The notes under the pieces are model-generated. The model did not search any database and was not told the DNA's origin. It saw only the letters and a program-made list of their open reading frames with translations. 64,000 nt of DNA. Origin: an uncultured Leptospirales bacterium (GTDB lineage Bacteria; Spirochaetota; UBA4802; UBA5550). The first letter of the stretch is position 1. Every line of letters starts with the position of its first letter. This document shows positions 48,648 through 59,347 of this stretch, one piece after another. Position numbers and translations under genes: made by a program. The stretch covers positions 30,558 through 94,557 of the forward strand of contig CAYVCQ010000019.1 of assembly GCA_964450405.1 (NCBI GenBank), written 5' to 3'.

Positions 48648-50450
48648 CTATCTGCAATCAAGCACTTCCCGCACCTTCCGTGCAAAGTCAGTTATTGAGA
48701 ATGGTTTTTGTATAAAATTTATCCCGTCATCGAGCTTTCCGTTATGTGCTATTACATTTGCGGTATATCCGGATATGTAAATGGTTTTGATATCAGGCCG
48801 TGTTTTTATAATTTTACTGCTGAGTTCTTTTCCATTTGCATCTGGAAGAATCACATCGGTAATCAGCATATGAATTACTCCATCATAAGAGGATGCAGCA
48901 GCAACAGCTGCCGCGGCATTTTTTGCAATTAATACTTTGTAGCCGTTTTTATTCAGTAATGTTTCCAGAAGATTTCTTACTTCGGGGTTGTCATCCACTG
49001 CAAGAATGGTTTCATCTCCTTTGTAATGCACAATTTTTTCAGTGACCGGGAGGATGTTTTCCAGCTCCCCCTCTCTGACCGGCAGATATATTTTAAAAAT
49101 AGTCCCCTTATCTTTTTCGCTGTAAACATTTATCATCCCTTGATGCTGCTTGATTATACCGTAAACCGTTGAGAGTCCCAGGCCGGTTCCTTTGCCGGAA
49201 TCTTTCGTTGTGAAGAACGGATCGAATATCCTGTTGATATTCTCCCGGTCTATGCCGGTTCCGCTATCGCTTATGGAGAGAAGAATATAAGGTCCCGGTT
49301 GAATATTCTCATATTGTTTTACAAAATCCTCTTCAATCTGCACTCTCGATGTTTCAATAATAATCCTGCCGCCATTTGGCATTGCATCCTGTGCATTAAG
49401 AGTAAGGTTCAGTATAATCTGTTCTATCTGAACAGGATCACCTTCTATTAATCCGGGATTTTTGCAAAGATTGTTTTCTATTTTAATATCACCGCGTAAT
49501 GTTCTTGATAGCATGCCGGTGAAATCTTTAATTATATCGTTGAGATTAATTTTTCGAATATCAAGGGGCTGTATTCGTGCAAAAGCAAGTAGCTGCTGGG
49601 TAAGATCTCTCGCTTTTTTGGAAGCTTTGATTATTTCGTGAATTTCTTTTTTTACCGGATTTTCTGAGTCAATCCTGTCTGCAGCAAGTTCCGCAAAACC
49701 CTGGACAGCTGCAATCATATTGTTGAAATCGTGCGCTACTCCGCCCGCAAGTAGACCAACAGATTCAAGTTTCTGTGACTGAAGAAGCTGTGTCTGCAGT
49801 TTATTCTGCTGCTCTTCAGATTTTTTTCTCTCAGATATTTCATTCTCGGCTTTTTCAAGTGCTCTGGAGTTGATTGAGAATATGGTGTATGAAAAAATTC
49901 CGATAAATATAAATGAAAGAGTATTATCTGAAAGATAATCTATAAATGCAGTTTCAGAAAGATTCAGTTCGTTCTTATAAAGAAACATAAATAGAAACAG
50001 CATGCAGATGTTTGCCAGGGTATAGAAAAGAAATAATTTTTTTTTGCGGACAATAATAATCGGCATTGCAGTTAATTGCGCTGCTATTATTACTATTGTA
50101 TCAAGGCGCGCCACCAGGTCTCCATGTGCAAGAAACATTATAGTCCATTGTGCGGACTGCCAGAAAAAAAGCAGAAGATTTCCTGCTGCTGAAAAGTAAC
50201 CTTTGTAAAGTATTATCAGTAAGACAAAAGAGAGTATAAATACAATCGTAAGCGGGCCGATTACTCTTAATTGAATTGTATGATGATATGACTGGTCGTG
50301 GAAATGAAAAGATGCATAAAGTGATATTATCAATGGAGTGATGATTAATACTGTAAGAATTGAATAAAGCAAAAAACGGGCTCTGCTTTTAAAAGAATAA
50401 CTTGAGGAGTCGTATCTATAAAGCAGTCTGTTAATTATTTTGTTTATCAC
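48648..50450 (-). CDS. Membrane-bound hybrid histidine kinase (HisKA-HATPase-REC)
   Basis: Multiple TMs; GGVAHDFNN, N box, [14 protein letters not shown]; receiver VDD, TD, KPF. Confidence 0.92.
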   Translation of the reverse strand: MINKIINRLLYRYDSSSYSFKSRARFLLYSILTVLIITPLIISLYASFHFHDQSYHHTIQLRVIGPLTIVFILSFVLLIILYKGYFSAAGNLLLFFWQSAQWTIMFLAHGDLVARLDTIVIIAAQLTAMPIIIVRKKKLFLFYTLANICMLFLFMFLYKNELNLSETAFIDYLSDNTLSFIFIGIFSYTIFSINSRALEKAENEISERKKSEEQQNKLQTQLLQSQKLESVGLLAGGVAHDFNNMIAAVQGFAELAADRIDSENPVKKEIHEIIKASKKARDLTQQLLAFARIQPLDIRKINLNDIIKDFTGMLSRTLRGDIKIENNLCKNPGLIEGDPVQIEQIILNLTLNAQDAMPNGGRIIIETSRVQIEEDFVKQYENIQPGPYILLSISDSGTGIDRENINRIFDPFFTTKDSGKGTGLGLSTVYGIIKQHQGMINVYSEKDKGTIFKIYLPVREGELENILPVTEKIVHYKGDETILAVDDNPEVRNLLETLLNKNGYKVLIAKNAAAAVAAASSYDGVIHMLITDVILPDANGKELSSKIIKTRPDIKTIYISGYTANVIAHNGKLDDGINFIQKPFSITDFARKVREVLDCR

Positions 50451-50685
50451 TTCTTCAAACCTTCATTTTTATTTTTTGAACGAGGGCCTTATTAAATTTA
50501 AGTATAGCAAAATCCCTTTAATAATATTCAGGAAAAAATGTTATGTCAACTTATTCCCAGAGTTAAGATTTTACAACTAAGTATCAACTTGTCATCCACT
50601 CGTGAGTGGATACCCGTTTTTTTTAAGGAGATAATTTTCGACTTCACTGGATTGAAACTCTAGTACAATCTATCAGGTCAAAGCA

Positions 50686-51702
50686 CTAGCGTGTTTTTCT
50701 CATTCTTGCCAGTGATCTCTCAACTGCTTCCCGTACAATTTTTTTCTTATCCCGTTCTATCTTCTCAATAGCTTCAAGTGCGCGCTTGCCCCCTATTTTT
50801 TCGAGAGTATTTAGCGCTTCAATTCTGACTTCAGGGAATTTGTCGTAGAGGAGTTTCTCTACAATGTCGATGGACGATTGATGTTTGAAGATTGCTATTG
50901 ATTTTAAAGCTTCTATTCGTACACCGCGATATTTATCTCTGCATGCGATGTGAAGAAGTGCAAGTCCCTCTCTTATTCTGTCCTGTCCGATTCTCTGTGC
51001 TGTCTTTTCACGGATCGGCTCTTTGTCATTCATTGCTCCGGCAAGCTGCATAAACGAATCGTCATTTATTGCTTTATATGCATGATCGTTCTTAATTGTT
51101 GCAAGATAAGTCCGGGCTGCAGCATGCACCTCCATGTTCCTGTCGGCAAGAAGTCCAATAAGAAAATCAACACTTTCATCTCTCCCTATATTGTAAAGAG
51201 CCTTTGCAGCAAGGAGCCGTACTTTGGAATGTTTTTCGTGGAGCATGTCGCCAAGATTAGGGATTAAATGTTTGTTTTTTGCGGCATTTGCGGCATTAAT
51301 TGCTTCCATTCTTACAAGTATTTTTTTATCTCCAAGACCGGTCATAATCACCTGCAGAACCGTAACATCATTTGAAGGTCCGTTCTCTGTAATGATTCTT
51401 AACAGTTCAAGTTTGCTTTTCTGAGAGCCTTCTTTGATAATCTGAATGAGATTTTCTGAAATTAACGGGTCTCCAAGTTTTGCAAATCGAAGGGTGGCGA
51501 TGGTTTTAACCCAGGGATCGGGATCATGGTACATCATATTTTTCAGTCTGGTTTTTATCTCATCACTTAAATCCGGTTTGCCGGCAAGAGCAGCAAATGC
51601 GCTGTAACGGACACTGCTCTTGGTATGATCAAGACATTTTACAAGGTCAGAAAGTTTGTTGTTTTTTTCGAGTTTGTTTATATCAGGAGTGAAAAGTCCC
51701 AT
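50686..51702 (-). CDS. HEAT/PBS-lyase repeat protein
   Basis: Repeated L.D....VR..A..AL..IG units. Confidence 0.85.
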   Translation of the reverse strand: MGLFTPDINKLEKNNKLSDLVKCLDHTKSSVRYSAFAALAGKPDLSDEIKTRLKNMMYHDPDPWVKTIATLRFAKLGDPLISENLIQIIKEGSQKSKLELLRIITENGPSNDVTVLQVIMTGLGDKKILVRMEAINAANAAKNKHLIPNLGDMLHEKHSKVRLLAAKALYNIGRDESVDFLIGLLADRNMEVHAAARTYLATIKNDHAYKAINDDSFMQLAGAMNDKEPIREKTAQRIGQDRIREGLALLHIACRDKYRGVRIEALKSIAIFKHQSSIDIVEKLLYDKFPEVRIEALNTLEKIGGKRALEAIEKIERDKKKIVREAVERSLARMRKTR

Positions 51703-51980
51703 TTTTTAATCTCCTTTGTATTATGAGGCAGGTTTTTTTTATTTATTTTTGCTTTCCATGGATAGTGTAGGATCGGGATTAAGTATTGTCAATATTTTCT
51801 ATTAAATTATCAAAACTGCAGAATATTCATATAAAAACGTTTGCATTTTTTTTTAACAGGATATTATATATAATATTGTAAACATGTGCACTTAAGTTTG
51901 ACAACTGCTAAAGTTTGTTATAAATTGATATTATAGAAATGTTAAGAGAAAATTATTAAGGTGTATAGTGGAGATTGTTA

Positions 51981-53075
51981 ATGCTCAGGCAGATTAGACG
52001 GCTATTTAAAACTATAATAATCAATTCTCTAAGTACACAGCAGGTGAACTATCTGGGTGTGCTGCTTGACAGTTCCTTTGATCTTTATCGTGAATCCGGC
52101 TTCAGTTCAACCACTCCAATCCCAAGACAGACGGCTGCTGATGTTCTGATTAATCGTTTTAAGGATGAGGAGGATATTGTCCATCTATTCGCAATTATGC
52201 TCAGACACGAGGGTGAGCGTTTCTATAACCGGGACCTGGTGATTTGGGGAAAAGAGGAATTTTGTATTCTCATCAAACGTCAAAAATGGGTATATGACCG
52301 TGATCTGAAAATTTTCTTCCGTGATCCTTTTTATGAACATGAAATTAATTTTCTGAATAAAATCCAGATCATAGATCTCCGCACAGATTTGGATGTTTCT
52401 GATCTTGTTAAACAAATTGCTTCAATCAGTAAAAAACTGAGCATTCAGGATCTGCACTGGAGGATAACCCTTAGACTTTATGATCTTGAACAGCACATTG
52501 GTGAGCTAGTAAGAAAAATTATGGAAATGCTCCTGGCAAGGCAGAATCTTCAGTCTTTTACCGGCGAGCTTTTTTTCTGTTTTAAAGAACTTGCTCTCAA
52601 TGCCAGTAAGGCGAACTATAAACTTCTTTTTCAGAAGTATGTTACTGAGAAACAGGGAATCAGATCAGAGGGAAATTACCGGAAGTTTCTGGATCTCTTC
52701 AAGGAGGAAATCGAAGAAAACGGAAACAGCAATCTTCTTGAATTTGCTAAAAAGGATGACCGTTACTACACTATTACATTTCAATCCTCCATGGATTCAA
52801 TTGAAGTATGGGTTACAAACACTCAGAATATTTCTCTGATAGAAAAAGAACAGATAGTTAAAAAACTGGCACCCTCCAGTCTGGACAACGACAGCTTTTT
52901 CGACGATGAAGATGAGAATACAGAGGGCGCGGGTCTTGGCCTGACACTGATTATAAATGTACTTAAAAAATATTCCTCGGATCCGAATCCCCTTAAAGTA
53001 GTATTTTATCCCGAATTCGTAAAAATCGGTTTTGAACTGAAACGCTCCGAAATGAAAGCGAACCTTGATCATTGA
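51981..53075 (+). CDS. Hypothetical protein with C-terminal GHKL/HATPase-like domain (spirochaete type)
   Basis: KELALNASKAN (N box) and EGAGLGL (G2 box); GGAG SD before ATG 51981. Confidence 0.6.
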   Translation: MLRQIRRLFKTIIINSLSTQQVNYLGVLLDSSFDLYRESGFSSTTPIPRQTAADVLINRFKDEEDIVHLFAIMLRHEGERFYNRDLVIWGKEEFCILIKRQKWVYDRDLKIFFRDPFYEHEINFLNKIQIIDLRTDLDVSDLVKQIASISKKLSIQDLHWRITLRLYDLEQHIGELVRKIMEMLLARQNLQSFTGELFFCFKELALNASKANYKLLFQKYVTEKQGIRSEGNYRKFLDLFKEEIEENGNSNLLEFAKKDDRYYTITFQSSMDSIEVWVTNTQNISLIEKEQIVKKLAPSSLDNDSFFDDEDENTEGAGLGLTLIINVLKKYSSDPNPLKVVFYPEFVKIGFELKRSEMKANLDH

Positions 53076-53123
53076 TTTGAGACGTTAAAAAGTTTATCAG
53101 GAAATGGTCTCTGTCGTTATAAG

Positions 53124-53277
53124 CCGCCCCCTCTGGCCGCTTGCCATTAGTCGACGCTTTTTGGACATCCTGTTTCCAGTCCCACATAAATGGGAGGAGA
53201 GGCAATAGGAAAAATTCTGTATTACCCCTTGCTCTATTCATGGGAAAAGGTGCCAGGCGGGCGGATAGGGGCGGAGT
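53124..53277. repeat. REP-like doublet, family C
   Basis: Reverse-complement similarity to 7561-7686. Confidence 0.75.
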
Positions 53278-53371
53278 GTTGGCGGTTAACCTGAAATTAT
53301 AAAATAACAAATTAAAATAATTTTAAATATACAGAAGCGGATTTCCGCTTTATACACAAAGGAGATAAAAA

Positions 53372-54568
53372 ATGTCCAGAAAAGAAATTGTGATTTTATC
53401 CGGATGCAGAACACCCATCGGGAGTTTCGGTCAGACATTAAAAAGCATGAGAGCATATGAGCTGGGGGCAATTGTTATGACAGAGGCTCTCCGGCGTGCA
53501 AATGTTAAAGGAGAGATGCTGTCCGACGTGATTTTCGGAGATTGTATTCAGACCAGCGAGGAGGCTAACACTGCGCGGACCGCAATGCTTAAAGCCGGCA
53601 TACCATTTGAAGTCCCGGCCGTAACAATTCAGAGACAGTGTGCATCGGGGATGCAGGCGACAATTTTCGGTTCACAGCAGATAATTGCCGGGGATTCTGA
53701 CTTTGTACTGGTGGGTGGAACAGAATCCATGAGTAATGCACCATATGTTCTGAAAGGAGCCAGATGGGGGCAGAGGCTGCAGCATGGAGAGATGACAGAT
53801 GCGATGTGGGAACTCCTCTATTCAGGAAGCGGACTTCTTGGCGAAGGATATATAATGGGGGAGACTGCTGAAAATCTTGCGAAAAAATACAACATTACAC
53901 GCGCGGAGCAGGATCAGGTTGCGTTTGAAAGTCACAGTAAGGCAATAGCAGCGTCAGACTCAGGAAGATTTAAAGATGAGATTATACCTGTTTCCGTTCC
54001 TCAGAAAAGGGGTGAGCCACTTATGTTCACAACTGATGAGCATCCTAAAAGAGAAACAACTCTTGAATCTCTGGCAAAACTTAAACCTGCATTTGATAAA
54101 AACGGAACAGTTACAGCTGGAAGTTCATCGGGACTGAATGACGGTGCAGCTGCAATGGTGATAACATCAATGGATAAAGCAGGCGAGATCGGTGCAAAAC
54201 CAATGGCAAAAATTGTATCCAGCGCATCAGCAGGATGCGAACCTCATCTGATGGGATATGGACCGGTTCCCGCTATAAATAAACTTTTAGCAAAAACCGG
54301 ACTTAAACTTCAGGATATAGATCTCTTCGAAATAAATGAAGCCTTTGCTGCACAGTACCTTGCTTGTGAAAAGGGACTTGGTCTTGACAGATCAAAGGTC
54401 AATGTAAATGGATCGGGGATAGCACTGGGACATCCTGTGGGATGTACAGGTGCAAGACTAATAGTTTCATTGATGTACGAACTTAAAAAAAGGAATAAAA
54501 AATTCGGTATAGCTTCACTCTGTGTTGGCGGCGGTATGGGTGTTGCAGTTCTGATTGAGAACATTTAG
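53372..54568 (+). CDS. Acetyl-CoA C-acyltransferase (thiolase), second paralogue
   Basis: RTPIG, RQCASG, NEAF, GHPVG, LCVGGG. Confidence 0.92.
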   Translation: MSRKEIVILSGCRTPIGSFGQTLKSMRAYELGAIVMTEALRRANVKGEMLSDVIFGDCIQTSEEANTARTAMLKAGIPFEVPAVTIQRQCASGMQATIFGSQQIIAGDSDFVLVGGTESMSNAPYVLKGARWGQRLQHGEMTDAMWELLYSGSGLLGEGYIMGETAENLAKKYNITRAEQDQVAFESHSKAIAASDSGRFKDEIIPVSVPQKRGEPLMFTTDEHPKRETTLESLAKLKPAFDKNGTVTAGSSSGLNDGAAAMVITSMDKAGEIGAKPMAKIVSSASAGCEPHLMGYGPVPAINKLLAKTGLKLQDIDLFEINEAFAAQYLACEKGLGLDRSKVNVNGSGIALGHPVGCTGARLIVSLMYELKKRNKKFGIASLCVGGGMGVAVLIENI

Positions 54569-54614
54569 TTTTAGCGGTTACTATAGCATTTTGCGATTGG
54601 AATATACCTTTTAA

Positions 54615-54830
54615 GTCATTCCGGTTTTGCGGTTTAAATTTGTGCAAATACCGGAATCCCATAGAACCAGTTTTATGAGATTCCGGCACTTCGCTGACGC
54701 TACGGCCGGAATGACAGCGTATCAATCGTTTTTTAAAATGCTATAAGATGAAAACTTTATGTCATTCCCCTGAAAAGGGGAGTCCATACTTTTTGAAATT
54801 AAACGGGTACCCGCATGCGCTGGTATGGCA
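54615..54830. repeat. Family D repeat plus a shorter degenerate GTCATTCCC unit
   Basis: GTCATTCCGG...CCGGAATGACA at 54615-54716; TGTCATTCCCCTGAAAAGGGGAGTCC at ~54760. Confidence 0.8.
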
Positions 54831-54909
54831 AAACCTGTTTTAAAAAACTCTTTACATCTTTTATCTTCTGTTTCACTGTCAGCTTTACTTACACCTTCTG
54901 GAGCAGTTA

Positions 54910-55854
54910 ATGAAAAAAATAAATAAAGTTTATCTTTCCGGTCTTGGAGCCATTGGCGGAATGTTCAGCAGCAGAATATTTGATGCTGATCCCGGATGCC
55001 TGACAGTAATTGCCGATAGGGAGAGAATTGCACGTTACAGTGAAAGGGGAATTTTAATAAATGAAAAACTGTATCCTTTTAAATATATAACACCGGAATC
55101 CGGAGCGGATACTGCTGATCTGATAATAATTGCAGTGAAGCACCATCAGCTTCATCAATCAATTGAGGATATCAAAGACTTTGTCGGTAACGATACTATT
55201 ATCCTGTCGCTGCTTAATGGAATAGTAAGTGAAGAGATAATCGGTAAAGTGTTCGGTATGGATAAATTGCTGCATTCATTTGCAGTTGGAACAGATGCTG
55301 TTCGCGAAGGGACAAAAATCACTTTCGGAAATATTGGTAAAATTGTTTTCGGGACAGTGGATGATGGCGGAGCAGATAAAGTTTCTGCAGTAAAAGATTT
55401 CTTTGACCACACCGGAATTCCATATAATGTTCCTTCAGATGTAATGCGTGAACTCTGGTGGAAATTTATGATGAATGTAGGAATAAATCAGGTATCATCA
55501 ATACTGAGGGCTGATTACGGGGTTTTTCAGAAGATAGGCGAGGCCCGAGAGCTTATGGAAATGGCATCTCTCGAAGTTGTTGCCATCGCAGAAAAGGCCG
55601 GAATAAATATTGGAAAAAATGATATATTAAAATATATGGAGATAGTTGATACACTCTCTCCTGAGGGCAAGACCTCTATGTTCCAGGATATTGAGGCAAA
55701 ACGTAAAACTGAAGTAGAAATATTTTCAGGAACTGTTATTGAGCTTGGTAAAAAGTACGGAGTTGAAACCCCGGTGAATAATATACTTTACAGAATGATC
55801 AGAACACTGGAGCAGATGAATATGAATATGGGCTCTGACCCTGCATCTATTTGA
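54910..55854 (+). CDS. panE: Ketopantoate reductase family protein
   Basis: GLGAIG, AVK, LLNG, WWKFMMN, TSMFQD....RKTE. Confidence 0.85.
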   Translation: MKKINKVYLSGLGAIGGMFSSRIFDADPGCLTVIADRERIARYSERGILINEKLYPFKYITPESGADTADLIIIAVKHHQLHQSIEDIKDFVGNDTIILSLLNGIVSEEIIGKVFGMDKLLHSFAVGTDAVREGTKITFGNIGKIVFGTVDDGGADKVSAVKDFFDHTGIPYNVPSDVMRELWWKFMMNVGINQVSSILRADYGVFQKIGEARELMEMASLEVVAIAEKAGINIGKNDILKYMEIVDTLSPEGKTSMFQDIEAKRKTEVEIFSGTVIELGKKYGVETPVNNILYRMIRTLEQMNMNMGSDPASI

Positions 55855-56019
55855 AACTTAAATTCCGCATAAAACGTAAATGTTTTTTATACAGAAGCTG
55901 CATTAAAAATCGGAAATTCCTACAATTAGACCTGTTGTAAAATTTGAACAAATTACATGTTTTTGTTTGACTTTTTACGATCTCATTTCAATGGTATTTA
56001 ATCAAAAATTAAATTTATA

Positions 56020-56055
56020 AAAAAGAATAAAAAGAATAAAAAGAATAAAAAGAAT
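56020..56055 (+). repeat. Tandem repeat (AAAAAGAAT)x4 abutting the start codon
   Basis: Four perfect 9-bp units ending immediately before ATG 56056. Confidence 0.9.
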
Positions 56056-58062
56056 ATGACCGGTAGAACAGATATACCACTTGTTAAAACTCTTAAAGAG
56101 CAGTGCAGAATGTGCTATTCCTGTGTGCGGGAATGTCCGGCCAAGGCAATCAGGATTTACGGCGGGCAGGCGGAGGTTATCGCAGAGAGATGTATCGGCT
56201 GCGGAAACTGTGTACGGGTCTGTTCCCAGAATGCAAAGATTGTCAGGAATTCAAAGATAAATGTCCAGAAGCTGCTTTCAAGCGAGAACAGGGTTGCGGC
56301 ACTTGTTGCACCGAGTTTTCCCGCAGAATTTTATAATATGAACTACAAAAATGTTGTCGGTATGCTGCGGAAGATGGGCTTTGATTATGTAGTGGAAGTT
56401 GCCTTCGGTGCCGATCTGGTCTCTGCAAAATACAGAGATCTACTCGGCGGCAAAAGGGATAAAAGCTATATCGGAACCACGTGTCCATCAGTTGTATTTT
56501 ATATTGAGAAATACCATCCGTCACTTGTTGAGAATCTCGCTCCAATTGTTTCACCCATGGTTGCCGCTGCAAGAGCTGTACATGAAATTTACGGTGATGA
56601 TTTAAAAATAGTATTTATAGGTCCTTGCATCGCGAAGAAGGATGAAGCGGTCCGTGCTGATGTTGCAGGAGATGTTGATGAAGTTCTTACATTCAGGGAA
56701 CTTCGTGAGATGCTTGCTATTAAGGAGATCAGGCCGGAGGATGTGGAACGCTCGGATTTTGATCCGCCTCACGGGGGGAGAGGTACACTCTACCCTATAG
56801 GAGGAGGTCTGCTGCAGGCGTCGGATCTTAACGAAAATTTTCTCTCCATGGATATAGTTGCTTCATCTGGTCACAAACAATTTATTCATGCCATCAAGGA
56901 GTATGAAACTGTAGAACATAGTACTGTACTGCTTGAACTTAACTGCTGTGAGGGTTGTATTTCCGGTTCTGGAATGTCGCACGATATGCCTCTTTATACC
57001 AAACGCGGATATGTAAGTGCATTTGCCCGGAAACGTCACGGGGAACTGGATAAAAAGAAATACAACAAACTCATTGAAAGGTTTGAGAAATTGGACCTCT
57101 CCGCAAAGTTCTGCAAGGATGACAACAGGGTGCCTGCACCAAGTAGCGGAGAATTGAGGTTTATACTCAGGGCAATGGGGAAATTTGAACAGAGGGATGA
57201 ACTTAACTGCGGCGCATGCGGATATGATACCTGTATTGAGCACGCCACGGCAATTCACAAAGGCCTTGCCGAGAATGAAATGTGTCTTCCGTATACAATA
57301 GAGAAACTGAAGAAGACAGCCAATGAACTTGCCGGTTCCTATGAAGAAATCGTGAAGGCCAAGAGAGCAATGATCCAGTCGGAGAAACTCGCCTCTCTCG
57401 GACGTATGGCCTCGGGAATTGCGCACGAAATAAATAATCCTCTCACCGGAGTGCTGACCTATTCAAGTTTAATGAAAGAGGAAATGAAGGGGAGCGATTT
57501 TGAAGAGGATCTTGATGTTATAATTCATGAGACCATGAGATGCAGAAAAATTGTAAAGGGACTTCTCGATTTTGCCAGAAATACATCTGTTGAAAAAATT
57601 GCTGCAAATATAAATGATGTAATCAGAGAGACTGTTTCAATCCTTGAGAAGCATATGACTTTTCAGAATATTCATATGAATATTGATCTCTCCGCTGAGA
57701 TACCGATGACGGAGATCGATGTGAGTCAGATGCGATCGGTTTTTAATAATCTTGCGGAGAATGCCGCTCATGCCATGCCTTCCGGAGGAGATCTTAATAT
57801 TATATCAAGACTGGACGATGCAGGTCAGAATATACTTATAACTGTAGCAGATACCGGCGAGGGTATAAGCGACGCAATTATTACAAAAATATTTGATCCA
57901 TTTTTCACTACAAAAGAGGCCGGGAAAGGTACCGGTCTTGGACTGGCGGTAATTTATGGTATCATTGAACAGCATCATGGGACTATTGAGGTATCAAGTA
58001 CTCCGGGTAATGGTGCGGTTTTCACTGTTACACTTCCCGTGGGTGGAAGAATAAGACTGTAA
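56056..58062 (+). CDS. [FeFe]-hydrogenase-like (sensory-type) domain fused to a histidine kinase
   Basis: Two CxxCxxCxxxC ferredoxin motifs; [28 protein letters not shown]; NCGACGY..C FeS domain; [21 protein letters not shown]. Confidence 0.88.
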   Translation: MTGRTDIPLVKTLKEQCRMCYSCVRECPAKAIRIYGGQAEVIAERCIGCGNCVRVCSQNAKIVRNSKINVQKLLSSENRVAALVAPSFPAEFYNMNYKNVVGMLRKMGFDYVVEVAFGADLVSAKYRDLLGGKRDKSYIGTTCPSVVFYIEKYHPSLVENLAPIVSPMVAAARAVHEIYGDDLKIVFIGPCIAKKDEAVRADVAGDVDEVLTFRELREMLAIKEIRPEDVERSDFDPPHGGRGTLYPIGGGLLQASDLNENFLSMDIVASSGHKQFIHAIKEYETVEHSTVLLELNCCEGCISGSGMSHDMPLYTKRGYVSAFARKRHGELDKKKYNKLIERFEKLDLSAKFCKDDNRVPAPSSGELRFILRAMGKFEQRDELNCGACGYDTCIEHATAIHKGLAENEMCLPYTIEKLKKTANELAGSYEEIVKAKRAMIQSEKLASLGRMASGIAHEINNPLTGVLTYSSLMKEEMKGSDFEEDLDVIIHETMRCRKIVKGLLDFARNTSVEKIAANINDVIRETVSILEKHMTFQNIHMNIDLSAEIPMTEIDVSQMRSVFNNLAENAAHAMPSGGDLNIISRLDDAGQNILITVADTGEGISDAIITKIFDPFFTTKEAGKGTGLGLAVIYGIIEQHHGTIEVSSTPGNGAVFTVTLPVGGRIRL

Positions 58063-58140
58063 TCTGCCGGCATCGCCATATCGGTAATGTTTCAGCAAAA
58101 AACCGGGAAGAGCTTAATCCCGGCATTCCGGAGTGCAGTA

Positions 58141-59040
58141 TTAGTAACTCTGAATTTCTCCAAAACAGAGAACGTTTCCTTTTCTGTCCAGCAGTCTGTA
58201 TTCGTTTCCTTTATAGTGAAGAAACACCGTGCTTTTGAGATAAACAGGTCTGCAGAATACAATGCTGAAATAATTTAATCTTACTCCGGCCATACTGAGT
58301 TCGGATAGAATGAGATTTGCGCTGCAGAGTCCCTGGATGAACGGGCGTCTGTATCCGAAAAGTCTTGAAGCTAAAGTTGTTGTGTGGACAATGTTTTTGT
58401 CACCCGATGCACTGCCGTAATCTCTGGCGTAATGCCCTTTAATAAACATTTCGATTATTTGTGCGCCCTCCATGGACTTTGAAGGGATACGGGTTATCCC
58501 CTTGAATTGACCGGTTTCATCTGACTTTAAATTTTCCAGATCAGATGCAGGAACTTCTTTTATTACAAAGTGATCACGGACTTCAAGAAAAACTCTGTCA
58601 TTCTGTTTAACAATAACAGTGCCGATTATTGCGGCCTTGTCGGCTTTTATTCTCAGAACATTGTCAAATTCAAAATCGACAATGTACGATTCACCGGCCT
58701 GCATCTCTCCGAAAATATGTATTTCACTTTTTAAATGGAGCAGATGCCTGAAATTGACGCCGAGTTCCTTCAGTATTTTCATCATACCCACTGCGCCTGA
58801 ATAACCGTAAACAGTAAATGGCACATAAACATTTGATGGTACATTGTAAAGCCGATGCCATCTCCGCTTAGTGGATTCCATATATACAAAATTGCTGTCG
58901 CGCCCGTAACGTGGTTTTGTAAAGACAAGTCTATGTTTGCGAAGCACTCCCAGTATTGCCGATTTGTAATAAAACCAGTTATACGAAAATGTTCCCGGAT
59001 GACCGTGACTTTCAAGAGGTATATATTTTTTTTCTTTCAT
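58141..59040 (-). CDS. MaoC-like double hot-dog dehydratase
   Basis: LLH..SE; Y..ASGDKNIVH...LFGY.RP..QG; F.RPVYL. Confidence 0.7.
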   Translation of the reverse strand: MKEKKYIPLESHGHPGTFSYNWFYYKSAILGVLRKHRLVFTKPRYGRDSNFVYMESTKRRWHRLYNVPSNVYVPFTVYGYSGAVGMMKILKELGVNFRHLLHLKSEIHIFGEMQAGESYIVDFEFDNVLRIKADKAAIIGTVIVKQNDRVFLEVRDHFVIKEVPASDLENLKSDETGQFKGITRIPSKSMEGAQIIEMFIKGHYARDYGSASGDKNIVHTTTLASRLFGYRRPFIQGLCSANLILSELSMAGVRLNYFSIVFCRPVYLKSTVFLHYKGNEYRLLDRKGNVLCFGEIQSY

Positions 59041-59172
59041 TCTAAACTCCGGTTTTTGAGTATATGTAAAATTAAGAGAATGAGGTATATTTTGTCCAGT
59101 AAAAATAATATAGGAGATGAGTCCGGATCATTATGTTAATTTTAACTGCTTCCGTGGTAAATTCCTGTTATC

Positions 59173-59278
59173 TGTCTGAACCTTGATTTGCATGATTAAG
59201 GGATTTTCTTGATTAACCGGTAGTAAAGATTTTCTTAATTAAGAAAATCTTTTAATCCTGCAAATCCTGATTCCGGCA
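59173..59278. repeat. Family F palindrome with a degenerate right end
   Basis: TGTCTGAACCTTGATTTGCATGATTAAGGGATT...AATCCTGCAAATCCTGATTCCGGCA. Confidence 0.75.
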
Positions 59279-59347
59279 TTTGACTTTTCCTTGAAGTGTA
59301 ATTATAGTGAATACAATATTATTAAACTATCAGTCAAGGAGACTATT

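Noticed and set aside
55933-55952. Rex operator upstream of the hydrogenase-kinase
   Set aside because: TTGTAAAATTTGAACAA has the wrong length and spacing for the 18-bp TTGTGAA-N4-TTCACAA consensus
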